DNA from: Chlorokybus atmophyticus
Taxonomy: Eukaryota > Plantae > Mesostigma and Chlorokybus algae
Reading direction: 5' to 3'
NCBI GenBank assembly: GCA_009103225.1
Contig: RHPI01002112.1
Span: 72,449-136,448, forward strand
Length of the DNA stretch: 64,000 bases
The notes below the pieces were generated by a model. The model did no database searches. It had not been told where the DNA came from and worked only from the letters and a program-made list of their open reading frames with translations. The position numbers were made by a program, and so were the translations under genes. Below, piece by piece: positions 52,101-63,300 of this stretch (its first letter is position 1; each line of letters begins with the position of its first letter).

Positions 52101-52880
52101 GGACGGACGAATTGAGCGAGCAAATTAAATACTGGAAGAAATGCTTCGCCACTATGTGGCTCCTAACCATGCTGTTTGGGACAGGTACTTGCCAATGGCA
52201 GAGTTCGCTGTGAACAGCGCGTGGCAGGAAAGTGTAAAGGAAACCCCATTTTTCTTGAATTATGGGATTCACCTGAACACACCAGCGTCATTGCGTGTAC
52301 CTCGCAATGCCCTGACTGTACCAGCGGCAAAGGAATTTGCCACTGATATGCAAAAAACTTTGGCTCGAGCTAAGCTATGTCTGTCAGAAGCACAGGACAG
52401 GCAAAAAGCTTATGCTGATACACATCGAAGAATGGCCACTTTCGATGTCGGCAATAAAGTTTTGCTTACCGCAAAGAACATAACCATTAAAGGTACGGAT
52501 GCCCGCAAGTTGCTGCCCCGATGGTTAGGTCCTTTCTCTATCACTGATGGAATTGGTACGCACGCTTATCGACTGCAATTGCCCCCAAGTGTGCGTATAC
52601 ACAACGTATTCCATGTGAACTTGTTGAAACCTTACTGCTCAGACGGTAGAACACAGCCTCCACCACCGCTAGTTGAAGTGGACAGCGAGTTCAAATACGA
52701 GGTGGAAGCTATATTGAACCATAAGCTAAATAGTCGAGGACGCGCAACTCGCTATCTGATGAAATGAAAAGGGTATGGCCCAGAACATAACAGTTGGGAG
52801 CTTGACAGGCATCTTACGCACTGCCGCGAGTTGCTTCGAGCTTATTGGGATTCACGTCCTGTCCCATAAACTGTGGGCTT
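49135..52880 (+). pseudogene. pol: pol: MTase-like domain, aspartic protease, RT, RNase H, integrase, chromodomain (multiple stops and frameshifts)
   Basis: [41 protein letters not shown]...FPLPRIDDL...LDLTSGYHQ...[12 protein letters not shown]...VDLDNII. RH VISDASTIGCGAVLLQDDRPCAYESRK...TDHNPL. IN HDPPYAG...CNVCQRNK...WDIVSMELIADLP...LPMAEFAVNS...RWLGPF. Chromodomain YEVEAILNH...YLMK*KGYGPEHNSWE. Confidence 0.95.
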
Positions 52881-53015
52881 GGTTTTATGACAGACTGGCA
52901 GTGCAGTTTCATTACCACCCTGTCATTTCCTGCTATCTTACTGGTTACAATTACTCGAACCAAGCCTGATCAACTTGAGTTCAACGAGGACGTTGAAAAC
53001 CTAAGTGGGGGGGAA

Positions 53016-53533
53016 TGTAACGGGAGCAATAATAATAGGGGTATTATTGCTACCTGAATAACACATTTTGTATGAATAAGTACCTAAATATGCTTATTTA
53101 TACCTNAAATATGCTTTTTATACCTCTTTTTTACGGTTCCTCGCTTATCAAAGGCTATGATGCTTTATTATAGCTTAAATCTCAATGGGTGTAGAACCGC
53201 TTATTCAAGCCTATTTAGTGTCACATTGGATAAAATGTGATCACTATCTCGTTGGGTACCTTATGATAGGTACCTTATCTGAGCTGTGATTGGCTCACGC
53301 TAGATTTCCTAACTACCCTATCTGTAGGGTCGATGTCTAGTTGTGAGTTAATTATCGAGAGGTATATAGTTGATATACTCTTGATATAAAAGCTCACATC
53401 AAACTGATGTGGGGACTTTTCAGTTCTTTGCTCAGTGGCGGCCACGCCGTTCGTCGAAAGGCTTGTCATAGGCGGTGTGGGTGTTGGGGTCGAGGATTGA
53501 AGGGGCATTACCGGCGACGGTGGTGCTGTTACA
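53016..53533 (+). repeat. 3' LTR, Gypsy copy 1
   Basis: TGTAACGGGAGC...GCTGTTACA directly after the polypurine tract and followed by TSD GCCAG. Confidence 0.95.
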
Positions 53534-53861
53534 GCCAGAGCGTCGTGACCGAAGAAGGCTATTATGGTATTAGGTCATCGTAATCAATCAAAATCGAGAT
53601 CCAAGAAAACGCGGTTATATAAAAGTACTTTGCCCCGTGAACCTAGCGGCCGCTGCTTTCGTTACGCGACGCTTACCAGATCATCGTGATTAAAGAAGGC
53701 TATCATGGTATAGTCGCCGTAGTCAAGGGACAAAAAGTGATTGTCAAGTGCTTGCCCCCCTCAAGCGCGTCAGAGCATCGTGACCGTGGATGTTGATGAT
53801 ATGGGTATATTGATGGTTGTATGTTTCATGCTTGTAGCTTGTCAATTGATTGTGTGGTTTC

Positions 53862-53949
53862 TTTAAGTGCAAGGAAAGTCATGATGGATGGTATATTTTA
53901 TATATGTTATTGAATAGAACCATACACGTATTTGGGATACGTTGTGACA

Positions 53950-53990
<41 letters not shown>

Positions 53991-54080
53991 NCTTTAAGTG
54001 CAAGGAAAGTCATGATGGATGGTATATTTTATATATGTTATTGAATAGAACCATACACGTATTTGGGATACGTTGTGACA

Positions 54081-54122
<42 letters not shown>
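53862..54122. repeat. About 130-bp exact tandem duplication ending in (AT)n, separated by a single N
   Basis: ctttaagtgcaagg...gacattaa(ta)n occurs at 53862 and 53992 with N at 53991, probably an assembly overlap. Confidence 0.7.
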
Positions 54123-54125
<3 letters not shown>

Positions 54126-54953
54126 TCTTTGTATTGTCACCATTATAATTTATGACATTACCTATCGATACTATGAAGATCACACTTTGTAAAATTTTTG
54201 ATTGCATCAGGTATAGTTGTGTATATAATTATGTTCAATATTTGTAAATGCACATGCAAACATTACATCTTACGATTTTACATATCTGCTAATCATTACC
54301 AATATAAGGTTAACATTTTATTACTATCCAATGAAGGTCCATGTGGTGCACGTGGCTGTGCTCATTTTCACATTGTGATGTGCATACATTGGAGTAGGTT
54401 GATTAAGGATGTCCTTTGCACGGCCTCGATCGCTTTACGGCTTGATGCAACGGTTTTGTAACTGATTGCAACGAGCCAATCAGATATTGGTCGCTAACGT
54501 GTAGTAGAAAACCGGAGGCTATGACGGGCGCAATTATCTTATTGGTCGAACGGCTAACGATAAACAACTCGATCACCCGAGCTACCGTTAACATGGAGTA
54601 ATGTAAGCTTATGGTGAGCATCACCGCTGGTTGGTACTGTTGCAACAATCATGAACTCGTTGATGAAGATTAACAAAGTATCAGTTGACGTCATACTTGC
54701 GTCAGTTTGCGAAGCTTCTACAAAAATGACATTATCGTAGCCATTTGTAGACAATAGATCTGACCGCTGTAGTCAAGTCTCAGCAGTATTTAGGCAGCAG
54801 CTGTCCAAAGACAGTTGTGTCTCAGTCTGTTAATTGTCGTGGTTGTGAGCAGTAGTAAGAGACAGACTAACTGTGCTTAACGTGTAATAAAAGTGCCGAT
54901 TATGAACTATGTGTTTTGATCGATTACATGCTGGTGCTATACTGCACGCCCGT

Positions 54954-55045
54954 CACTTGGTTGGAGCAGCACTCAGAGACGGTCTCCGTGTGAGGAGAGC
55001 TACTCCTCACACGGAGACCGTCTCTGAGTGCTGCTCCACCAAGTG
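54954..55045. repeat. Long near-perfect inverted repeat (36-bp perfect stem, about 44 bp with one bulge, 5-nt loop)
   Basis: tggagcagcactcagagacggtctccgtgtgaggag-agcta-ctcctcacacggagaccgtctctgagtgctgctcca, extended by cacttgg/ccaagtg. Confidence 0.95.
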
Positions 55046-55090
55046 TCTCAAGGAAAACTTAGCGTGTGAGGAGTAGAACACTTCGGTTTC

Positions 55091-55870
55091 AGTGGGAGAG
55101 GTGTGAGAGAATGGTGAGTTCGGAATTCACCATGGCGGCGGTAATAGCGATGAGTGCGGAGCAACTTGCGTTTGACAACTTGGTGAAGGAGCAGTTGACC
55201 GTGCAGTACGGGAGCAGCAGTCGTGCCGGATGCGAGACCTCGTGACTTTAACGGAGAGGATGGCGACGTGTACAAGTGGTTGGACCACTACGAGCTCGTG
55301 GCGAGCTACCATTAACGGAAAGTGGAGAGGAAAGTGGAGATCAAGTTATGCCTGACCAGAGCAGCGGCGCAGTGGTACCGGGTGCAACTTGAGTCGATTA
55401 AGACATCATGGCGGATGCTTGCAAGTGCTTTGGGACAATCATTTAGACATGTAAATGCGGACGCGGACGCCATGGCCCTAAAGGACCTTCATTGTTGTTA
55501 TAAGAAGGATCCGGTGAACACTGTATGGCATGTTTAGAGTCAGAATCAAGCAGATGATAGCGAGGGCGGATGCGGCGATGAGTGAGAACTTCTCACTTGA
55601 AGGTGAGTTTTAAGTTCGCTTTGTCCTCGACTTCTACCGGCAAAATCAAAGGTGTACAAGCCCCTCCAACGCGAGACGAGGCACTGATAATAGCACAAAT
55701 CTATGAAGCCGCGCAGAAGATGTTATTAAATCGTATGGAGAGTACCGTATACGTACCTCCAAACGCAAGCGTCTCTAGAGACGGTGTGCCATGTGTGGCC
55801 GAGACGCTCAGCGTCTCCATCGGTCGGTCAGTGTATGGGACGTCACGTTGTTACGGTAACAAGTTTCTAA
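55091..55870 (+). pseudogene. Decayed Ty3/Gypsy-type gag relic, unrelated to the flanking chromovirus copies
   Basis: RPRDFNGEDGDVYKWLDHYELVASYH*...KLCLTRAAAQWY...TSWRMLASALGQSF...ALKDLH fits the retrotransposon gag pattern P-x-F-x-G...W...L-x-G-x-A-x-x-W...W-x-x-L-x3-L-x3-F. Confidence 0.7.
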
Positions 55871-56559
55871 CCTAACCATATTTTATCAATTGTACGTTAC
55901 TGATATCGAGCTCCTCTTGACGCTGTGATATCAACAATTCTGCCCTGTGGCGTTGCTGGCGGCGGGGGAGGAGGAGAAAGCAGCGGCGGCGGCGGTGCCG
56001 TCCGTGGTGATAGTGTACCCATTAGTGGGTAGTGGGTAGAGGGTTAGAGGGTTAGGGTGTAAATAAAGCGGCGGCACTGGTTAGTTTAATGTGTTTTATC
56101 CCTTGTATTTTTGCTGTTCACCAGATCGTTGATTGATATGATGCTTGTCTGTGCGTACGTGTGCGTTGGTCTCAAGTGCGTGTGTCCATTTTATAGTGCA
56201 TGACTATGTCTTTGATGATACTCACACACACACACACATACCCACACACACACACACGCACACGCACGCGCACGCGCACGCACACGCACACGCACACACA
56301 CACGCACACACAAGTCAAGCACTATGTGTGTGGATGGGTGGGTGCGTGTGTGGCATGTGACTCTGCACTAGCATCAATAGTTTTGCGTTGTGTGCATGTT
56401 TGTGTCACTTATGTGTGCGTTTAGCATAGGCGTATGACTGTTAGCAACAGCAACTGCGTTGTGCGCTTGTGTGCTTGTTAACGATAAAACTGTTCAAAAA
56501 TGCGTGCATATGTCTCGTTTGGTCAGCGGCCGCTCAGAGCCTACAGCATGCCCTGATGG

Positions 56560-59500
56560 CCAACTTGTGCTTTACATATGTCAGGGTGGCGCAGCGGCGG
56601 AGTCAGCAGAGAGGAGCTTTATCAGCCAGCATGCAAGTTGGGTGCTTGCTGCTACAAGCCAACTATTGTGGCAACAATTGTTTGCATGTGTTGCGGTGTC
56701 AAATTCAGTCCTTGAAGTCCTTAATGCTGTGGTGTAGGTCATGCAAGGCGTATCGAAGGTTGACTAGTGGGCTCCAACATCTGCGCGCACAGGCTTCAAA
56801 CAGGTCAGCAAATGGTTGTGTGCATGTGTGTGGCTTGCGCGCCTGGTGTGGCATGTGCGTATGCGTGTGCCTGCGATTGCGCAGCTGTTCAGCATAGGCG
56901 TGTGAAATGTCTGCAACAGCAGCAACTGCGTCTCCGCTGTATGTGTGTAGAGCAACTACTGCGCATGCATTGTGTTGAGTGTGTAGTTGTATGTATTTGC
57001 ACTTGTTGCACTGATTGCTAACTATTGCAATGCATCAAATGCAAGATCATGGCCTGGCGCATGGCTTTGCGTCATGTGAGAATCTTAAGCAGCTTGCAAG
57101 GGCTGAAAGTGTCAAAGGCTTTTCGGGACAGCATTGGGTTCGCGGCGGCTGCAAAGTTGTTGAACAAAGGGCATCACGATGGAGAGATTCCAAGTTTCTC
57201 TCCATCGCGCATTCTGCCTGCTTTCACCTCAGCAACTGCGCAAGCGCTATCGACACAAGTGACCAAGCAATCTGCATTCAATGCATCTTCTGTGTTTTGG
57301 CCTTTGGCGGCATTGGCAGCCATGGCTAGCGGCATACAAGTAAGCGTCCATGGCAAGCCTTTCCTTGTGCTATAATGTCTTGTACTGCAGGACAAATTTT
57401 GGAGCCATTTTTGCAGGTCAACATGAGCAGCGAGCAAGAAGATGAAGAAGCAGAGGAGCGCGGAATGCTTCCATCCCCCGGTTCTGCACCGCGCGTGCCA
57501 ACAGTGACGAACATATTAAACTGAAAACAACATGAACGCCCGGCCAATACTTGTTTGAAATATGAGCAAGGGCTGGGATTGTATGAGGTATAGACTTGTA
57601 ATGCTATGCAACAGCAAGTGCTAATGGTTATGGATCTTATTGTCTTACAAATAGAACAATTGTAGGAGTGGTGCACTCGCCATCAATGTCCATTCGCATT
57701 GAAGCAAGCACTGTGGAACGCTTCATGGCTGAGCATCACGAGTGGGCATAAAACAAGTTGGAGAACCACATGAATAGTATGCAGGACGCCATTAAAGACC
57801 AGGCAATGCGAGACGGCAATGGCACTATACCGATCAACTTGGGCAGCATCCCCATCATCCAATGAATCCTGCGAACCGCACGGCAAAGTATATCAAAGAC
57901 TGCCAAACTATAAGTGTCATTTTCATTGCACCAATTCTGATGCTTGTCTTGAACACACCAATATGACCTGCATATACCAAAAGGGAGTCTAAGGATCGGT
58001 TAGCTGGGACGGCTGCAGAAAGTTACACATTTGCTCAGTATCAGAGTATGATTGAGTATTGGCTTCACAAATGTGCAAACACTACCAACATTGTGAAGCA
58101 AGCCGTTCCATTATAGCTCGGTAATTGTTATTCACTCTGCAATGTTGCGGTGTTGCAAACTTGTAGACATTGTATAGCAAGAGGAGTGTCACCGTCAACA
58201 TTAGCGGCTGCTTCGTGCGTGAGTTGGTTGGATCTGGCAATGCGTCATACTTGTCTATTGCGCTGTGATGCTGTGAAGGCAGCAGAAGAATGCAACCTGT
58301 AAGCAAGTATGATGTGGGGACTGGGTGCTTGGGACCTGATCAAGGCGTAATACTCTGCTTCGCATTGCGAATGGCAAGATAAATAAGGTGTGCATCTGCA
58401 TTTTGTGCAAGCTTTGGCCAATCATGTACAACTTGTTACAACCATCCTACTATGTTGGTGCAGAATGGCAACGTATATACAATACTTTGGAGGGTTGCGA
58501 CATTGGAATCTCATGTGCGACATGCACGATGCGCTGGCATTCACATTCTTCCACAAGTACCACATCGCGCAACGCCCATTCCCTTCTTTTGAATCGCGAC
58601 AATCTGGGTAGGGCATGCGCATAGCACCGTGCTTGCATACAATGCTTAATTGATGATGTATCCCGGTATGGTGAGCCATTGTTTCCTGGTGAGAGGACTG
58701 CAAAGGCTATCAGTTGCAAACAGCAATACTTGAACTCCTGCGAAGCATTCAAAAAATGTGGCATCATTACCGGCCGCGCCAAAGTACATGCCCCGCGCAA
58801 AGAAGCAAGTCAGCGAGCCACGAATGCCGGGTGAGTTTACACTATGTTGTGCCATTGTCTTAATGAGCACAACTTAGCATTAAGTTGTTAGGGCAAGTGA
58901 GGAGGGCATAAAGCAAAATAGCGGTGGAACAACGAGCACAAATCCTATGTGACACAGCTCCATGTGGGTACTTGTGCTGTACTAGCAGGTTATGGGCATC
59001 AATTTCACGAGCATAAGCATGTGCTGGCCCGGTCACGGTTTCCCTACCCGCCAACATCCGTGAGAGCATCTTCCCGCAGCTGGAGGAGCATCTTGCCTCT
59101 GTCATACAGGTACCTTATGTTGGATTCTTTTGCACATTTGTTACTCAGTCGGAGAGGTGTTTGCTTCGCAACATGTAGCCAAGTGTTGCACTGTATTGAT
59201 GTTGGCACACGCTTTACACATGCATTTTTGCAGCATTGCTTCGATGGTCCCGACGAGGTGCGAGACTATACTGCATACAAGCATCTTCTCATGTTGGACT
59301 ATCTGCAAGATGTCATCGGAAGGTAAGCAAGTGTATATCTTTATCAACAAGTGCAGTCCGTGAGTCTTGTGTATTGCTTATCAGGATGTCGCCATCATAT
59401 GCAACGAAGTTGTTCAACTGCGCGGCGGTACCACATACGGCTGCACAGATGTATCAGTTTGTGACCACGATCTGTTTAACACGCCACAGTTCTACGCGTG

Positions 59501-60317
59501 GGCCAACATTGTTGTCGCCGCTTACGATCAATCCATGCAAGAAGCAAATCCGCAATGTGAAGATTTGTCGGATTGGGTATGTATGACACACAAGCTGCTG
59601 CTTGGTTGACGTGATGTTGTACAATGCATGTCTGTCCCCTTAATGATGCTTGAGGTCTATGTTGTGGTCGCGCAGCTAGCGCACATCATGCGCGGCAACT
59701 ACGCATTGTTGACTGTGATATAGACCGCATTGTGGACGTCGCTTGCAAGCTTCTTCGTGTCATTACAGCTATCGACACTGGCTTTGCTGCGACACATGCA
59801 GAAGTGAAGGTTGTGGCTGACTTGGTGCGAGAGCTAGATGCCGGTATGGGGGTGTCTTTGCCTGCAGATGTGGCATCAATAACTGCTCGTGAAGAGGCAC
59901 CGTCCGCATCATCACCACCACGCAAACGCGCACGTGCCAATGATCCCAGTCGTGCTGCTGATCCATTATCGGCGGCAGGCAATAATGTCACTCGGCACTC
60001 AGCACATTCTGTCGCCGCTACCTTTGTACCTACCAAGTATAAAATGGTTGACGTACCAACCATGGTGGTGTGGCAAGAATACACAACGGGCATAGGTGGG
60101 CCGACAAGCCGCGACTTGGATGACAAGTTCAAGTGCACTTGGCGTTGTAACAATGAGCGCTTGCGCAAGCAATACGGCAAGCGCTCAATGTACTGTATAA
60201 AGCTATCCAGGAGTTGGCGGCATTGCGGAACATTAGCGAAGACATGGCAGCACAACAATTGGATCAGCAGAGGCAAGAGCAGCAAAAGCCAACCGCAAAT
60301 GGCAGAGGCACCAGACC
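56560..60317 (+). mobile_element. Decayed intron-containing Crypton DNA transposon (NDC10_II-like tyrosine recombinase + GCR1_C domain)
   Basis: KRESKDRLAGTAAESYTFAQY (about 57975), MLR (58142), IQYFGGLRH..MCD..DALAFTFFHKYHI...PFPSFESR (about 58480-58605), AISCKQQYLNSCEAFKKCGIITGRAKVHAPRKEASQRATNAG|gtgagt (58705-58830), ASEEGI..RWNNEHKSYVTQL...LAGY, HDLFNTPQFYAWA, then YKM..VPTMVVWQEYTTGIGGPTSRDLDDKFKCTWR...RKQYGKR (60038-60190). The left boundary is approximate. Confidence 0.8.
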
Positions 60318-63300
60318 TGTAACGGGAGCAATAATAATAGGGGTATTATTGCTACCCGAATAACACTTTAAATACATTTTGTATGAATAAGTATTTAAAT
60401 ATGCTTATTTATACTTCTTTTCTACGGTTCCTCGCTTATTAAAGGCTATGATGCTTTATCATAGCTTAAATAAGTCCCAATGGGTGTAGAACCGCTTATT
60501 CAAGCCTATTTAGTGTCACATTTGATATAATGTGATCACTATCTCGTTAGGTACCTTACGATAGGTATCTTTGGATAGGTACCTTATCGATAGGTACCTT
60601 ATCTGAGCTGTGATTGGCTCACGCTAGATTTCCTAACTACCCTATCTGTAGGGTCGATGTCTAGTTGTGAGTTAATTATCGAGAGTTATATAGTTGATAT
60701 ACTCTTGATATAAAAGGTCACATCAATCTGATGTGGGGACTTGGAGTTCTCTGCTCAGTGGCGGCCACGCCGTTGAAAGGCTTGTCATAGGCGGTGTGGG
60801 TGTTGGGGTAGAGGATTGAAGGGGCATCACCGGCGACGGTGGTGCTGTTACATTGGTATCCAAGAGCTGGGGGGTGACGTGGGTACTTATAGGGGGCGGC
60901 GACCTGCTTTCGGCCAATCAGAAGGCGTCGTCGGCGGCCTCCTATTCGTCCACGCAGCCCAAGCTTCAAGTTCGCTTCCCTGCGCTACCTCCACGTTGAA
61001 GCCACCTATTAAAGAGGCGGCCTCTCCACGTGTGAGGTACCATCACATGTCGGTGACTTGCCTGCTTGCCTGCTTGTCAGCTGCTTGCCAGGTGCTTGCC
61101 AGGTGCACGTGTGTACTTTCATGCACATCACACAGTGGTTTGCCAGTGCACTATCATTACTTGCAGTGATTGCCTGTCATTGCATGCGGTGATTGCGGCT
61201 TGCTAGTGTGCCATCACTGTTTGTCACACTTAGTGCACTATCATTGCTTGCAGTGATTGCCTGTCATTGCATGCGGTGATTGCTTGTCATTGTGCTTGCC
61301 AGTGCATGTCACAGTTAGTCACCGTACGGCTTGCCTGTTGCATGCCTGTGGCTTGCCTGTTGCATGCCTGTGACGTACCTGTGACCTGCCAGCGGCTTTG
61401 CCGGGTCGTTTGACCCGGGTCCGTAAGTTCCAAACCAAACTGTTCCCAAACCCTCCCCCTCTGGCTTCGGCCTGGAGATCGGGACTTGGTTAGGACAGTT
61501 GTGGGGAGGTTCTAGGACAATCTGTTCCCAAACCCTGTTAGCCTGAAACCCTCCCTCTCTGGCTTCGGCCTGTAGATTGGGACTTGGTGGAGGACAACAC
61601 AGGGTTAGGACATTTTGGTCCCACTCAGACTTGTTCTGTTTGGTGACACTCCAGATCCAACCTTGCCTATTTTGGGACTGGTTTGGACTCTGTTTGGGAC
61701 TTTTACAACTTGGGGTCATTTTGATCCTCTCGTTGAACCTGGTCCATTGGTGAGGTTCTCACCACCCCATTCTGCCTGTTTTGCAGGCAAATGGAAGAAA
61801 ACTCGGTGCCCACCTAAAAAGGGGAGAGCTCAGAAAAAGAGCAACTTTCCCGTGAGGAGGAATTTCCATCCATGGAAGATATTCCGAATCCGGATGATGC
61901 ACCTGATGAGTCTCAAGCTGCTAAAGCTGCGGAAGCTTCAGTGGATGATAGATCACCTTCTATATTCCCTGAGTTTTCTATTCGCATGACACAGCAGGAC
62001 TTGATGGAGCATTTCCTTAGCACCTATGATCAGGACCCTCGTGAGGCAATTGTCTCATTCGTGAACTTTCTCTTCCTATTGGCAGAAAAAGTTTCAAAGC
62101 TCACCACCTTTATGGGGCGAGATTGGGAGGGGCAGATGGGTGAAGGCAAACGTGTTCTGAATATGATCGAGCGTCTGCAGCGTGCTGACGGTGGTCCACC
62201 TGTTCAAGCACTTGCTCGTCCTGCCGAGTTTGTTCGCAACAAGCAAGCGGCCATCTTCGACTGGCTTGTGAAGTTGCGACACTATGTCAACTCCCTTCAC
62301 ATTTCTGAGGAGGGGAAATTGCGTGTAGTTAAGTTGCTGATCCCAAACGATGCTCTGGCAGAATGGTACCGCCGTAAGCAACGGGGTACAAACCTCGGGC
62401 GGGAAGTAAATCAGTTATGCTTTTTCATGGAGCAGCGCTATGGTGGCGCAGATCCTGCCCAGGTTGCTCGCAACCAGTTGCACAACCTGCGTTAGAATGG
62501 GCGTCCGGTTCAGCAGTATATCCAGGATTTTCAGTCGTTTGTCAGCAAGATCAATGCTGGCAAACTACCTCTCAGTGATGCTGATCAGCTGGATATGTTC
62601 AGACGTAGCTTGGACACAAATCTCGTGCAGCATGTGGCCGTCAACCCCGCGAGTTTGCAAGAGTGGGCCTCGACGGATTTACCAATGCTGATGCAGATGG
62701 TTGCTGCTGTGGACAGTATAAAACGCTCTCACGCCAACATGCAAACCACGGCAAAAGAGGCAGCCCCGGTTTCAGCTGCAAAGCGCCCGGCCACTGGCAA
62801 CAAACCTTTTGTGAAAAAGGCGAAACCATCTCACCCTGCTGGCCCCTACAATGCGGCCAAATCCATCATCACTTGCAGTTTCTGCAAGCAGACAGGTCAT
62901 GGGGAGGCTACGTGCTATGCAAAACAGAATGCACAGAAGGCCAAGCAGCAGAGAGAAAAGAAATAGGAATTGTCCGTGGTTGGTAGCATAGTCGAGCAGA
63001 ACGACTTTAAAAACTCTGTACTTCTTGATAAAGTTTCCTCTCTTTGCGATGTATCAGATGTATGGACTGATATGAGCACACCACCTATGTTGGGAAATGC
63101 AAACGGTTGTGTTTTAATCAATGTTCCATTCTCTGAATTAGTAACTGCTGTTAACCACTTACACGAGTTGCAATTACAACATGCTGTCACTGCATGTGTA
63201 GTTATCCTCGATATCATGGCCCGTGGTCGCGATTGTTGAAAGGGGGAGAAGTAATCATGCAACTCTCCCGCAAAGATACAGGAGCTTCACCATTGCAAGT

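Larger units (their letters stand above)
47116..53533 (+). mobile_element. Full-length decayed Ty3/Gypsy chromovirus LTR retrotransposon (copy 1)
   Basis: LTRs 47116-47645 and 53016-53533 (TGTAA...TTACA). 5-bp TSD GCCAG at 47111-47115 and 53534-53538. PPT AAGTGGGGGGGAA at 53003-53015. Domain order gag-PR-RT-RH-IN-chromodomain. Confidence 0.97.
46960..53790. repeat. Imperfect 141-bp tandem repeat interrupted by the Gypsy insertion
   Basis: The CAGA(G/T)C(A/G)TCGT...AAGG(C/T)TAT..TGGTAT unit starts at 46972, at 47113/53536 (split by the TSD), at 53677 and at 53771. Spacings are 141, 141 and 94 bp once the element is removed. Confidence 0.7.

Noticed and set aside
53086-53126. 20-bp duplication inside the 3' LTR
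   Set aside because: It flanks a single N (53106) and is absent from the other two LTRs, so it is probably an assembly artefact
53862-54122. Biological tandem duplication
   Set aside because: Two identical copies joined by a single N at an (AT)n tract point to an assembly overlap
54300-54760. Possible protease-like remnant in short minus-strand ORFs
   Set aside because: No coherent catalytic motif set was found
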